Shown here: positions 1 through 9,384 of the stretch, one piece after another
Position numbering within the stretch: the first letter of the stretch is position 1
Layout of the letters: each line of letters starts with the position of its first letter
Assembly: GCA_017396845.1 (NCBI GenBank)
Contig: JAFQKQ010000107.1
Coordinates: forward strand, 3,453-67,452
Source: Clostridia bacterium
GTDB taxonomy: Bacteria; Bacillota; Clostridia; Christensenellales; Aristaeellaceae
Direction of reading: 5' to 3'
Length of the DNA: 64,000 nucleotides
The notes under the pieces: model-generated
What the model saw: the letters and a program-made list of their open reading frames with translations, nothing else
Database searches by the model: none
Told to the model about the DNA's origin: nothing
Made by a program: the position numbers and the translations under genes

Positions 1-2
1 AA

Positions 3-554
3 ACAGACGTGCTTCGCGCCCGGAAGTATGCAGAGGAAATCGCTTCTGCGTTTGAAAACCATTTTTTTCTGTCCCGCCCCCGCCGTTTTTTTCTCTCTGC
101 GCACACAGCCAAGGGGCTGATCGATTTTTCGGATCAGTTTTCAAACGTTACTGCGATCGAAATTGAAACGCCGTTCGGGGAAAGCGCGGATTTGCTTTTA
201 AGAATCGTGCTGGAAAAAGCCTGTATGAACGGCGTCGAATGCACAGTCTTTTTAGATCCCATCGACCCCGAAATTCTAAGCGCCTTATACATCCCCGAAG
301 CGAGCATGTTCTTAACGGGCAGTTCGCAATTACATGCAAAGCACAGAATCACAGGCATATTTGAAAACGGCAAAGATACGGCGGAGGATCGGGAATTGTT
401 CGATCTCCTCGTTCAAAAAACGCATGCATCGCTTGAAAAAGCCAAAAAGCTTCACGACGATCTGGAAAGGTACTACACCCCAAGAATGGATTTTTCACGC
501 CTTGTAGAAACGGAAGCGCGCGTTCTTAAGACGCTGGACCATATGAACGCGTGA
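3..554 (+). CDS. hypothetical protein, 3-prime portion (frame is open to the window edge, so the gene probably starts upstream)
   Basis: The ORF 9..554 frame has no stop back to position 3. The composition looks coding. I recognise no diagnostic motif. Confidence 0.5.
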   Translation, partial: TDVLRARKYAEEIASAFENHFFLSRPRRFFLSAHTAKGLIDFSDQFSNVTAIEIETPFGESADLLLRIVLEKACMNGVECTVFLDPIDPEILSALYIPEASMFLTGSSQLHAKHRITGIFENGKDTAEDRELFDLLVQKTHASLEKAKKLHDDLERYYTPRMDFSRLVETEARVLKTLDHMNA

Positions 555-584
555 AGGCTGTATGCCTGCCGCTTTCACGGCTTT

Positions 585-1355
585 TCAAAACCGCAGTTTT
601 TCTTTCCAACCTGGCAGCGCGGGCGTAATTGATGCAAAACGGCCCCTTTTATCTTTTACGGCGATCACAATAAAAACAAGCGTACCCAGCATGCAGGTGA
701 GCATATCGTTCATGGTGTCAATAAGCCCTATATCGATATATCCGTTATACGGCAGTGCGCGCCCGTTTACGGTGACGGATGTAATCTCCGAAATCTTGCC
801 GATTGCGCCCGTCTCCGCGCCCAAAAGGTAGGAGGATATGCCGTTTATCACGGTGTCGTTTTGCAGATCAAGCGCAAACAGCCGATCCCCAATGTATTCA
901 TAAAGCTCCCATACACCTGCGATCATCATGGAAAAACAGAAGGCAAACATTGCTTTCACCGTTTTCGAATGCGTACGCCCGCGTTCCATTAGATCGATCA
1001 GGCAATAACCAAGCGCGGCAAAAGCAAAGCCGCTCAGGCTGTGCAAAAATTTATCCCAGTAGGGAACGATGTGATAAAACTTATACACATTTCCAAGCAC
1101 AGGCCCCAACAAAGGGAAAAGCGAATACGTGATCTTTAAACCCAGCGAAATTCTGATTTTAAACACCCATTCCAGAAGATACGGTACAAACACGAGCAGA
1201 AGGCTCGCGATGCTTGAAAGCACATAAAGCACATTCCTGAGCTTTGCCGAATAGGCGATGGAGAAAAGATTAAACGCCGTCAAAACAAAAATCACGGCTC
1301 TTTCGCTTACCGATAGCGCTGCGCTTCTCCTCTGACATACATTCTGACCGAGCAT
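585..1355 (-). CDS. multi-pass integral membrane protein, function unknown
   Basis: The translation has several hydrophobic helices. I moved the start to the internal ATG at 1355 (MLGQNV...), which sits 5 nt after GGGAGGAGGA. The longer ORF start lacks an RBS. Confidence 0.7.
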   Translation of the reverse strand: MLGQNVCQRRSAALSVSERAVIFVLTAFNLFSIAYSAKLRNVLYVLSSIASLLLVFVPYLLEWVFKIRISLGLKITYSLFPLLGPVLGNVYKFYHIVPYWDKFLHSLSGFAFAALGYCLIDLMERGRTHSKTVKAMFAFCFSMMIAGVWELYEYIGDRLFALDLQNDTVINGISSYLLGAETGAIGKISEITSVTVNGRALPYNGYIDIGLIDTMNDMLTCMLGTLVFIVIAVKDKRGRFASITPALPGWKEKLRF

Positions 1356-1466
1356 AAAAATCCTCCTCCCGCTCATGGACATTGTTTTTCACCTTCGAAA
1401 TTCAGTATAGTTTTCGATGGTGAACCCAATATGAACAGGGAGGAGGCGTCGGTAAATACAATTTTT

Positions 1467-2603
1467 CTAATTGTTTCTGTACAGAATCACAGGCACCATC
1501 ATTTCATCATCGGTGAGACCCGCGTGCTGACCGATGAGATCGGGCTCTTTTCCCGCGGGCGTCATATAGCAGATAAAGCGGTCGCCCGTAGCGCAGGCGA
1601 GATAGTCGCCCACAAAATCATCCGCCTTTTTATGGGGCGTTCCAAAGCCGAGCAGATGATTTTCAAACACGTCCGCATGCGTAAAGAGCTTAAAATCCCT
1701 TCCGCAGACTTTTTCAAACGCCTTTTCGAAATCCGCTTTTCTGTGCGGCTTTACAAAAAAGCTTGCAGCGCGGCTTTCGATGGACGGCGGCATGATGAGG
1801 CATTCGTCAATTTCGGGATATTCGTTGATTTTAATGCATTCGTGCATGTCGACAAGTCCGTGATCCGCCGTAACGATAAGAAGCGTATCATCCTTCAGCT
1901 TATTTGCCAGCGCTTCCACCTGCTGATTGAGCGATTCAAACATACCCTGCGTCTTTTCACTGTCAACGCCGGTCATATGCATGCTGTGATCAGGCTCATT
2001 TATGTATACCGCGATCAGCTTATCGCCCTTTTCGCGGCAGATGCTCTCAATCAGGCGCATGCAGTCGCCCGTTCCGGAATAGGTGTGCGGAAAATCCGCA
2101 CCCGCAGACGCGCCGGTTTTGAACGGAAACAGCGTGTGCGTTTCGGTTTTTCCGCGAAGGCGCGCATATATGGGCGAAAGCGGCATATAGGCGTTCGCAG
2201 GCGAAATAAAGCCGTATCTCTCATGCGACAGCCCGTCGCGATCCAAAAACGCGTCGATCTGCCTTCCGCACTCCTTGAAATACAAGCTCCAGCCCAGCCA
2301 GCCGTGCTCCTGCGGGGAAACGCCCGTCCAAAGGCTGGTGGTGGCGGCAGTGGTGGTGGAAGGATAAACGGTTGATATCGCACATGAATCAAACCGATTC
2401 AAAAACGCATCCTTGGGAAGCTTGCGCTTTAATAGATATTCGCCCATTCCGTCCAAAAGCATCAATACGATGTTTTTGGTCTTTTTTTCCTTCAGCGCCT
2501 TTACCGCCTCGGCAAGCGGCGGGTAGCCCGTCTCCTCGCCGTAGTGGTTCATAATGGCGGAAGTAATGGACAGTATGCTTCTCTCGTAATCGGGATATCT
2601 CAT
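1467..2603 (-). CDS. alkaline-phosphatase superfamily protein (type I phosphodiesterase / nucleotide pyrophosphatase-like)
   Basis: Metal-site-like motifs are present: LLDGMG..., YPSTT (nucleophile Thr region), DHSMH and TADHGL. The ATG overlaps the gltX stop as ATGA. Confidence 0.75.
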   Translation of the reverse strand: MRYPDYERSILSITSAIMNHYGEETGYPPLAEAVKALKEKKTKNIVLMLLDGMGEYLLKRKLPKDAFLNRFDSCAISTVYPSTTTAATTSLWTGVSPQEHGWLGWSLYFKECGRQIDAFLDRDGLSHERYGFISPANAYMPLSPIYARLRGKTETHTLFPFKTGASAGADFPHTYSGTGDCMRLIESICREKGDKLIAVYINEPDHSMHMTGVDSEKTQGMFESLNQQVEALANKLKDDTLLIVTADHGLVDMHECIKINEYPEIDECLIMPPSIESRAASFFVKPHRKADFEKAFEKVCGRDFKLFTHADVFENHLLGFGTPHKKADDFVGDYLACATGDRFICYMTPAGKEPDLIGQHAGLTDDEMMVPVILYRNN

Positions 2604-4111
2604 GCCTTCAGCCTTTCAATGGAGGAATTCAGCCTTTTAAGCGTTTCGTCCTTGCCGAGCAGGTATGCGATTTCGAACGCGCCGCCGGGAGTATTGGCCT
2701 TTCCGGAAATGGCGATTCGAAGCGGCCAGAGCATCTGCCCGTTCTTCATGCCGAACTCGGCTACGGCGTTCATCACCGCATCGTGAAGCGCAGCTTCGCT
2801 CCAGTCCTCAATCGCCTCAAGCACGGGCTTGATCTTAACAAGCGCGTCGAGCGCGACCTCGGGATTGGTCTTCATCTTCTTATGGGTATAGAGATCGCTC
2901 TCAAATTCCGGCATCTCGGCCAGGAAATCCACCATTTCGGGAAGCTGAGAGAAAACCTCGGTACGCGGCTGGAGCAGCTCGCAGATGCGCTTTACATCAA
3001 ACTTCTCGGTGTCGATTGCCTTCCTGAGCCACTTCTCGGCGATGGGCATATACTCTTCCGGGGACAGCTTTTTCACATATTCGGCGTTGAACCACGCAAG
3101 CTTTTTCATATCGAAAAGGCTGGGCGCTTTGCTGATGCCCTCAAGATCGAATATCTCTTCCAGCTCTTTGAGCGAGAAGAACTCTCTTTCGCCGCGCGGG
3201 CTCCAGCCGAGCAGGGCGATGAAGTTGATAACAGCGTCCTTCAGATAACCGGCGTCCAGAAGATCCTCAAACGACGGATCGCCATAGCGCTTGGAAAGCT
3301 TTCTTACAATCAGCTCAGGGTTTCCGTTTTCATCCGGAATGATCTCCTTGGTCATCTTATCGCGGCGGTAATCCTCGCGCATAACGGGCGGCAGATGCAC
3401 ATACATCGGCGGCTGCCAACCGAACGCCTCATAGAGCAGGTTGTATTTGGGCGCGGAGGACAGATACTCGGTGCCGCGCATTACATGGGTAATGCCCATG
3501 GTGTGATCGTCGATAACATTTGCAAAGTTATACGTGGGAAGGCCGTCCGCCTTGATGAGCACGTTGTCGTCAAGCGTCGAGCAGTCTACCTCTACCCTTC
3601 CGTAGAGCACGTCGTCAAAGCCCGCTTTGCCCTCGGTCGGGATGTTCTGGCGGATGACATAGGGAATGCCGGCTGCAAGCTTCTCTTCAATCTCTTCCTT
3701 GGAAAGGTGCATGCAGTCTTTTTCATATTTGTAGGCTCTGCCTTCCTTTTCGGCCTTCTCGCGGTCCGCATCCAGCTTCTCTTTGGTGCAGAAGCAGTAA
3801 TACGCATGTCCCGTTTCTACCAGCTGCTTGGCGTAGGGCAGATACATGCTCTTTCTCTGGCTCTGAATATAGGGGCCGTAATCGCCGCCGACGTCCGGAC
3901 CTTCGTCGTAGGAAAGGCCGGCCTGCTTCATGGATTCGTATATCTTATCCACCGCACCGGGAATCTCGCGCTCCTGGTCGGTGTCTTCAATGCGCAGAAT
4001 AAAGTTTCCGCCGCTTTTGCGGGCATAGAGATAGGTATACAGCGCCGTGCGCAATCCGCCGAGATGCAGATATCCCGTGGGGCTGGGCGCAAATCGGGTA
4101 CGAACCGTCAT
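2600..4111 (-). CDS. gltX: glutamate--tRNA ligase
   Basis: The N-terminus MTVRTRFAPSPTGYLHLGGLRTALY carries the class I HIGH-type motif, and KLSKR is the KMSKS-type motif. The start is the ATG at 4111, preceded by AAGGAG. The first 71 codons of the longer ORF run through the promoter region. Confidence 0.95.
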   Translation of the reverse strand: MTVRTRFAPSPTGYLHLGGLRTALYTYLYARKSGGNFILRIEDTDQEREIPGAVDKIYESMKQAGLSYDEGPDVGGDYGPYIQSQRKSMYLPYAKQLVETGHAYYCFCTKEKLDADREKAEKEGRAYKYEKDCMHLSKEEIEEKLAAGIPYVIRQNIPTEGKAGFDDVLYGRVEVDCSTLDDNVLIKADGLPTYNFANVIDDHTMGITHVMRGTEYLSSAPKYNLLYEAFGWQPPMYVHLPPVMREDYRRDKMTKEIIPDENGNPELIVRKLSKRYGDPSFEDLLDAGYLKDAVINFIALLGWSPRGEREFFSLKELEEIFDLEGISKAPSLFDMKKLAWFNAEYVKKLSPEEYMPIAEKWLRKAIDTEKFDVKRICELLQPRTEVFSQLPEMVDFLAEMPEFESDLYTHKKMKTNPEVALDALVKIKPVLEAIEDWSEAALHDAVMNAVAEFGMKNGQMLWPLRIAISGKANTPGGAFEIAYLLGKDETLKRLNSSIERLKA

Positions 4112-4142
4112 AAAAAATCGCTCCTTACGCGTGTTTTTTTCG

Positions 4143-4151
4143 ATTATACCA
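4143..4151 (-). promoter_or_regulatory. candidate extended -10 element (TGGTATAAT) for gltX
   Basis: The minus strand reads TGGTATAAT about 32 nt upstream of the gltX ATG. The -35 region is poor (ATACGA). Confidence 0.4.
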
Positions 4152-4242
4152 CAGAATTGTGAATTTCGTATACAGGAAAAAGAGATTTGAAAGAAAAATG
4201 AAAAGTGCAGGCAGCAAAAGCAAGAATCCGTAAAAGCCAAAT

Positions 4243-4267
4243 AAAAAACCGGGCGCTCACGCGCCGG
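4243..4267 (-). terminator. rho-independent terminator-like hairpin between the TVP38 gene and gltX
   Basis: The minus strand reads CCGGCGCGTGAGCGCCCGG followed by TTTTTT. Confidence 0.55.
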
Positions 4268-4567
4268 CTCTCCTTCTGCGAAGCTGCGCCAAGGGGCTTG
4301 TAAACTTAGCAAAGCGCGCGCCATTCAGCTGTTTTTTGCTTTACGCTTTACGCCTTTTCATTGAAACGTCTGCCAAACCCAGCTCCGCTTCGCCTATTGC
4401 GTCCCTTCACTGAGTAAATTTGCCAAGCGCAGTCCCCGTCTCCTCCTTGCCGTCCCCGCTTGCGGGGACGGAGGATCGAGCACGGCGAGACGGAAGGGGC
4501 GATTCCTTTTTTGCAAATGATTCGTTTTTACAATCGATCCGAGGAGCACAAGCAGGCTCTTCAGCCC

Positions 4568-5389
4568 TCACGCACTGTTTTTTCGCTCTCGAATCTTTGC
4601 CGCCTTCCTTTTATAGCCGCCAATACGCTTTTTCAAGCTTTCTCTTTTGCGCCCGCGCCTATCTCTTTTAAGGCTTTTTCTGTTTTGTCTTCTTTCTTCC
4701 CTGAGCGCCTGCCTTTTGGCGCGGACGGCAACGGTTTTATTGTAAATCACATAACCCGAAAGGCTTATCAGGATCGTAAGTGCAAAGACGATAACGGCAA
4801 ACCAATGCTTGCCCACGCCGAGCGCGTCTCCGCCGACGGTGGACGTTACAACGGACGGAAATCGGGCGACAAGCGATATAAACACCCATTCGCTTAGCTT
4901 CATCCGCGTAAGCCCCACGCAGTAGCCCAGGATATCCTTCGGCGTTCCAGGCATCAGGAATACAAAAAACACAAAGGTTTTGAGTTTTTTTTCGTTTTGA
5001 AGGAATTTCAGCTGATCGATCTTTTCCCTCGGGTAGAACACCTCGACCATCCTGATTCCAAAGCGCCTCACAAACAGGAACACCATCACGCTTCCGACGG
5101 CTTCGCCCAGAATGCACAGCACCGTTCCCGAAAACGCGCCGAAGGCATAGCCCGCTACGATTTCCATCGGTTCCCCGGGAATAAACGCAACAACCGTCTG
5201 CAGAATCATCATGCCGAGGAACATCAGCTGTCCCCATGCCCCGTAGCCCTCTACCCAATCGCGGAATTTTTCCGGTTCCTTGGCAAAGGTAACAATCGGC
5301 CGTCCGACAAACCATGTAACCAGCGCCATAAACGCGATAAAAACGATAAAACCCGCAAGCGTAAGCGCTTTTTTCTGTTTATCCGTCAT
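4568..5389 (-). CDS. TVP38/TMEM64 (DedA-like, SNARE-associated) family membrane protein with a basic C-terminal tail
   Basis: The motif FIPGEPMEIVAGYAFG...LGEAVGSVMVFLFVRRFG is typical of TVP38. The start is the ATG at 5389 (MTDKQKK), downstream of a consensus promoter. Confidence 0.8.
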   Translation of the reverse strand: MTDKQKKALTLAGFIVFIAFMALVTWFVGRPIVTFAKEPEKFRDWVEGYGAWGQLMFLGMMILQTVVAFIPGEPMEIVAGYAFGAFSGTVLCILGEAVGSVMVFLFVRRFGIRMVEVFYPREKIDQLKFLQNEKKLKTFVFFVFLMPGTPKDILGYCVGLTRMKLSEWVFISLVARFPSVVTSTVGGDALGVGKHWFAVIVFALTILISLSGYVIYNKTVAVRAKRQALREERRQNRKSLKRDRRGRKRESLKKRIGGYKRKAAKIRERKNSA

Positions 5390-5422
5390 ATTTGCCCTTT
5401 CGGTTTCACAAAGTCTCCTTCC

Positions 5423-5451
5423 ATTATATGCCGCTATGCGCAGGGTGTCAA
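5423..5451 (-). promoter_or_regulatory. sigma-A type promoter for the TVP38-family gene
   Basis: The minus strand reads TTGACA, a 17-nt spacer, then TATAAT, which is a perfect consensus. Confidence 0.6.
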
Positions 5452-5478
5452 GCAATACCCGCCGGATACCGATCCGCA

Positions 5479-5507
5479 TTGACACAGCGTAAAAATCATA
5501 GTACAAT
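5479..5507 (+). promoter_or_regulatory. sigma-A type promoter for the URO-D family gene
   Basis: TTGACA, a 17-nt spacer, then TACAAT. The upstream in-frame ATG at 5506 lies inside the -10 box, which supports 5542 as the start. Confidence 0.6.
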
Positions 5508-5541
5508 GTTAAAAAACAGCAAAAGCAGAGGTTTATTCACC

Positions 5542-6552
5542 ATGAACAGAAGAGATCAATTTCTGGAGATCATAAACAGGCGCAGCGTAAAAAGCGGTTT
5601 CTGGCACGGCTGCCCCAATCCCGCCAGCCGGGAAAAGCTGTTCGGCGCGTTCGGCGTTAAGGATGATTTTGAATTCGGCTTAACGCTCGGCAGCAGCTGC
5701 CGCTGGATTCCGGCGGGCGATTACAAGCATCCCGAGGGCAAGCCGATGTTTGACGTGCTGGGCGGAAAAGAGCGGTATACATTGGGGCAGGACGGCGTAT
5801 TCGCCGAATGCGAGGATGTTTCCGAGGTTGAAGCATTTCCTTGGCCGGAGGAGAAATACATCGATTTCAGCGATACGCTCACGGAAATCGACCGCACTCT
5901 GAAAGCCGGTCAGTCGGTTCTTTCCGGTTCGTGGTCATGCTTCTTTCACAATGTCGCGGATTTTTTCGGCATGGAGAATTACTTTGTGAAAATGTACACC
6001 GACCCGGACGTGGTTCAGGCGGTAACGGAGCACGTGGTGGATTTCTATCTTCGCATAAACGAAAGGCTGTTTAAGCAGGCGGCCGACAAAATCGACATGT
6101 TCTTCTTCGGAAATGACTTCGGAAGCCAGCTGGACACGCTCATCTCGCCCGAGATGTTTGACAGATTCGTAATGCCGAGCTTCATAAAATTCACCGATAT
6201 GGCGCACAAATACGGCATGAAGGTGCTTCTGCACTCCTGCGGCTCGATTTACCGCGTGATTCCAAAGCTGATCGACGCAGGCGTGGACGCGCTGCATCCC
6301 ATTCAGGCGCAGGCCGCCAACATGGACGCAGTCACGCTCTCGCGCGAATTCGGCGGCAAAATTGTATTCGTCGGCGGCGTGGATACCCAGAAGCTTCTCC
6401 CCACCGCCTCGCCCCGGCAGATCAAAGACGAAGTGCACCGCCTCCGCGATCTGTTCGGCCCGAATTACGTGGTATCGCCGAGCCATGAATCCATCCTCCC
6501 GGACGTACCCGCAGAAAACGTAAAAGCCATGGCGGAAGCCGCCGCGGACTGA
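5542..6552 (+). CDS. uroporphyrinogen decarboxylase (URO-D) family protein, possibly a MtaA/CmuA-like methyltransferase type
   Basis: The C-terminal half (...LLHSCGSIYRVIPKLIDAGVDALHPIQ...) resembles a URO-D fold. AGAGG lies upstream of the ATG at 5542. Confidence 0.8.
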   Translation: MNRRDQFLEIINRRSVKSGFWHGCPNPASREKLFGAFGVKDDFEFGLTLGSSCRWIPAGDYKHPEGKPMFDVLGGKERYTLGQDGVFAECEDVSEVEAFPWPEEKYIDFSDTLTEIDRTLKAGQSVLSGSWSCFFHNVADFFGMENYFVKMYTDPDVVQAVTEHVVDFYLRINERLFKQAADKIDMFFFGNDFGSQLDTLISPEMFDRFVMPSFIKFTDMAHKYGMKVLLHSCGSIYRVIPKLIDAGVDALHPIQAQAANMDAVTLSREFGGKIVFVGGVDTQKLLPTASPRQIKDEVHRLRDLFGPNYVVSPSHESILPDVPAENVKAMAEAAAD

Positions 6553-6598
6553 AACAGCCATCGGCAAGCGCAAGCATATCATAAAAAGGAGAATAGCA

Positions 6599-6973
6599 AT
6601 GATTGATTTTCAGAATGCTTCCTTCATAAAGCTCCGTCCGACATCGCAGAGCGATTTCTCGGATCTCATTACGCCAATGTTCGTGCCCGGAGAAAAAATC
6701 ATTGAAACCTTCCGCAGCATCCGCGACGGAATCGTTTTTACCGATAAACGGATTTTCGCCATCAACATTCAGGGCATCACCGGAAAGAAAAAAGATTTCA
6801 CCTCCCTGCCCTACAGCAAAATACAGGCGTTTTCCGTAGAAACCGCCGGCGTTCTCGATCTGGACAGCGAGCTTGAATTGTGGTTCTCGGGTCTTGGCAA
6901 GGTAAAGTTCGAATTTGTCGCCAGGGCAAACGTATCCGGCATCTGCAGAATGATATCGGAAAAGGTGCTCTGA
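6599..6973 (+). CDS. bacterial PH-domain protein (YokE-like)
   Basis: A 124-aa protein containing ...IVFTDKRIF....FTSLPYSKIQAFSVETAG..., the bacterial PH pattern. Confidence 0.7.
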   Translation: MIDFQNASFIKLRPTSQSDFSDLITPMFVPGEKIIETFRSIRDGIVFTDKRIFAINIQGITGKKKDFTSLPYSKIQAFSVETAGVLDLDSELELWFSGLGKVKFEFVARANVSGICRMISEKVL

Positions 6974-6982
6974 AAAAGAAGC

Positions 6983-7026
6983 GGGGGATTACTGCGATAA
7001 CGAAAGTGCAGTAATCCCCGTTTTTA
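6983..7026. terminator. bidirectional rho-independent terminator
   Basis: The hairpin GGGGGATTACTGC...GCAGTAATCCCCG is followed by TTTTT on the plus strand and has a T-rich flank on the minus strand. It lies between convergent genes. Confidence 0.7.
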
Positions 7027-7075
7027 TGCGCAAGCAATCGCATCCCCGTTTTTTATGCGCGCAGGCAAAGCGCGC

Positions 7076-7606
7076 TCATTTTGTATGAAGCTCATTATGT
7101 TTCTTCACCCGCATAAAGTAATGCGTCTCGTCCTCCTGCGCGATATAGCCGCCGTTTTTGAGGATTGCCTTAAAGGACGGAACGTTGCTTTTCAGCACCC
7201 GAAGGTAGATTTCATCCTCCGGTACAATCCCGCCTGCCAAATTCAGCGTAAGCTTCAGTCCCTCCGCGCCGTAGCCTCTTCCTCTGAATTCCTTCTTGAC
7301 GCTGTATCCGATATGCCCGCCGCCGTTTTTGAGCGCCTCGGTTAAGAAATGCCGGATCCTGAATTCCCCGACAAGCACATCCCCGTCCCACAGATAATAA
7401 TACGTCTCCGGAACGAACCAATCCGGCATGCCGACGGGATTTTCATGCATCATGAGTGCAGGCAGCACCCTGTCCATGTATTCCTCATACGACACGCCCT
7501 CATACGGATTTGTAAGGCCGTTTTCATCCGTCGGAAGCTTCGTCACATACGCCCACTGCGCCCGTGCGTCCTCGTAATTCATCTTTTTCAGCGTAAGCAT
7601 GCCCAT
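7076..7606 (-). CDS. GNAT family N-acetyltransferase
   Basis: The acetyl-CoA motif is RGRGYGAEGLKL, and the protein has GNAT size and layout. Confidence 0.8.
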   Translation of the reverse strand: MGMLTLKKMNYEDARAQWAYVTKLPTDENGLTNPYEGVSYEEYMDRVLPALMMHENPVGMPDWFVPETYYYLWDGDVLVGEFRIRHFLTEALKNGGGHIGYSVKKEFRGRGYGAEGLKLTLNLAGGIVPEDEIYLRVLKSNVPSFKAILKNGGYIAQEDETHYFMRVKKHNELHTK

Positions 7607-7710
7607 AAACCGCCCCTTCCGGAATTCCCGTTTTCTTCCGCATCATTATAACACACCCGGAAGCATTTTTAAGTCCCGTCTTTGTACTTTTTTATTCAAA
7701 TAAAACAGGC

Positions 7711-7738
7711 TTGCTTTTTCCCCGCCAAAATGTATAAT
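7711..7738 (+). promoter_or_regulatory. candidate promoter for the small P-loop gene
   Basis: TTGCTT, a 16-nt spacer, then TATAAT. Confidence 0.45.
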
Positions 7739-7780
7739 ATACTTAGATACTTCCCAACTTTCAAACAGGAGTGATTTCAT

Positions 7781-8203
7781 ATGATTCAGGTAATTGCCGG
7801 CAACAAAGGCAGCGGAAAAACCAAGAGACTGATTGACATGGCGAACGAGGCCCTTAAAAGCGAGCATGGCGTGATCGCCTTTATCGACGACGACAAGCGC
7901 TATATCTACGACCTCCGTCACGAAATCCGATTTGTGGACGCCAGCGAATACACGGCTGTAAAGGGCTGTGAGGCGGACGTATTCTTCGGCTTTATCAGCG
8001 GCATGTTGGCGGTAAATTTTGACCTTACCCTCATCTGCGTAGACGCATTTTTGAAGCTGTGCAAAAAAACGCCTCTTGCCGAAATGGAAGGCTTCTTCAC
8101 CCGCTTGAGCGCGCTTTCCGAAAGCAGCAAGTGCTCTTTTATCATCAATATCAGCTGCGATACGGAAGAGCTTCCCGAATTCGTGAAGCCCTACGTAATC
8201 TGA
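7781..8203 (+). CDS. small (140 aa) P-loop NTPase-like protein, function unknown
   Basis: A canonical Walker A (GNKGSGKT) sits at residues 7-14. LICVDAF is a possible Walker B. AGGAG RBS. Confidence 0.6.
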   Translation: MIQVIAGNKGSGKTKRLIDMANEALKSEHGVIAFIDDDKRYIYDLRHEIRFVDASEYTAVKGCEADVFFGFISGMLAVNFDLTLICVDAFLKLCKKTPLAEMEGFFTRLSALSESSKCSFIINISCDTEELPEFVKPYVI

Positions 8204-8231
8204 TATCCCCTAAAGGCATAAAAACACTGTT

Positions 8232-8489
8232 ATGAATCCAACAGGCAAGATCTGGCTTGTCCGCCTGATCGCATTTGTTTTCGCGCTCATCATATGCCTT
8301 CTTTTCTTCCGCATATGGCTGACCGGCGTGCTCGGCTGCGCAAACGCCTTCCAATCCTCCACCTACACGGACGAGGACGAATCCCAGCGCACCCCGCAGT
8401 CCATCCCCTTTGAAACCATCCCGCCCATCGACGACTCCGCCTACGACCAATCATTTCCCGATTTGGTTGAGCCGGGGCTGGGCGAATAA
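8232..8489 (+). CDS. small membrane protein with one TM helix and an acidic C-terminal tail
   Basis: The hydrophobic segment is WLVRLIAFVFALIICLLFF. The gene begins 28 nt after the P-loop gene and is followed by a strong terminator. Confidence 0.5.
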   Translation: MNPTGKIWLVRLIAFVFALIICLLFFRIWLTGVLGCANAFQSSTYTDEDESQRTPQSIPFETIPPIDDSAYDQSFPDLVEPGLGE

Positions 8490-8536
8490 AAACCGGCCGA
8501 ATGAAGACATTCGCATCTTCATCCGGCCGGTTTTCT
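8487..8536. terminator. bidirectional rho-independent terminator (ends both the plus-strand pair and the his operon)
   Basis: The hairpin CCGGCCGAATGAAGA...TCTTCATCCGGCCGG is flanked by A-run and T-run tracts. Confidence 0.7.
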
Positions 8537-8739
8537 GTTTTCTATTTTTCCTGTGCAACCGGAGCCATAAGGGGTAAAACATGCGCAAGCGGATCAGGAG
8601 CAGGACGATACTGCTTATAAAAGCCGATGCGCCGATCGCCGTCCGCAACATATGCGCTTTCGCAAAGCAGATAATGATTCTTTTGAAAAAGCCTTAAGCG
8701 AAAATTGTATTTGACCGCGGCCCCAATAATCAAACCCGC

Positions 8740-9384
8740 TTATTTCATTTTTTCCTGCTTGACTTTTTTATCGATTACGTGTCTTCCCTTAAGCTCCCGG
8801 CGGATATCCTCTGTGGTGATGCCCATTTCGGTCATGAGCACCATTACGTGATAGGCGAGGTCTGCGATTTCGTAGACGGTTTCTTCTTTGCTGTTTTTAG
8901 CGCCTACGATGACCTCGGTGGTTTCTTCGCCGATCTTTTTGAGGATTTTGTCAAGGCCTTTTTGAAAAAGGTAGGTGGTGTAGCTGCCCTCGGGCATGGT
9001 TTCCTTTCGGGATTTCAGGAGTGCGTAGAGGGTATTCAAGGAAAATTCTTCGCCTTCCTCGGGCTCCGTGAATTCATTATGGAAGCAGGTGGTTTCTCCG
9101 GTATGGCAGGCGGGGCCGTCGGGATTTACCTTAACAAGCAGCGCGTCCTTATCGCAGTCGGCGGTGATGGAATCTACGTGAAGATAGTTTCCGCTGGTTT
9201 CGCCCTTCAGCCACAGGCACTGTCTCGAGCGGGAGTAGAAGCAGGCGAGCTTCTTTTCCAGGGTGATTTCAAGGCTCTCGCGGTTCATATAGGCGAGAGT
9301 GAGCACCTGACCGGTTTTTCTGTCCTGAATGATCGCTGGGATCAGGCCGTTTTTATCAAATTTGAGTTCGTCAATCGGAAACAT
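8740..9384 (-). CDS. hisI: bifunctional phosphoribosyl-AMP cyclohydrolase / phosphoribosyl-ATP diphosphatase
   Basis: The N-terminal HisI region reads GLIPAIIQD...MNRESL...CDxD...CH. The C-terminal HisE region is the EExxE helix domain. It is the last gene of the his operon. Confidence 0.93.
   Translation of the reverse strand: MFPIDELKFDKNGLIPAIIQDRKTGQVLTLAYMNRESLEITLEKKLACFYSRSRQCLWLKGETSGNYLHVDSITADCDKDALLVKVNPDGPACHTGETTCFHNEFTEPEEGEEFSLNTLYALLKSRKETMPEGSYTTYLFQKGLDKILKKIGEETTEVIVGAKNSKEETVYEIADLAYHVMVLMTEMGITTEDIRRELKGRHVIDKKVKQEKMK

Noticed and set aside
4112-4567. T-box riboswitches upstream of gltX. The same check was made for hisZ (16093-16440) and argS (25510-25666).
   Set aside because: - I found no T-box consensus (AANNNGGGTGGTACCGCG-like) on the relevant strand.
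- Good promoters lie only about 30-45 nt upstream of each start codon, which leaves no space for a leader of 200 nt or more.
5506-5541. A longer N-terminal extension of the URO-D family gene (ATG at 5506, or the track start at 5392).
   Set aside because: - The ATG at 5506 lies inside the predicted -10 box (5502-5507).
- The 5392 start would read through the divergent promoter region.
- The ATG at 5542 begins the conserved part of the protein.
8542-8733. A 63-aa ORF immediately downstream of hisIE and upstream of the operon terminator.
   Set aside because: - It has a TTG start with only a weak purine-rich stretch upstream.
- It has no recognisable motif, and an overlapping alternative ORF (8451-8651) is equally plausible.
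- It cannot be supported from the sequence alone, though it may deserve a ribosome-profiling check.
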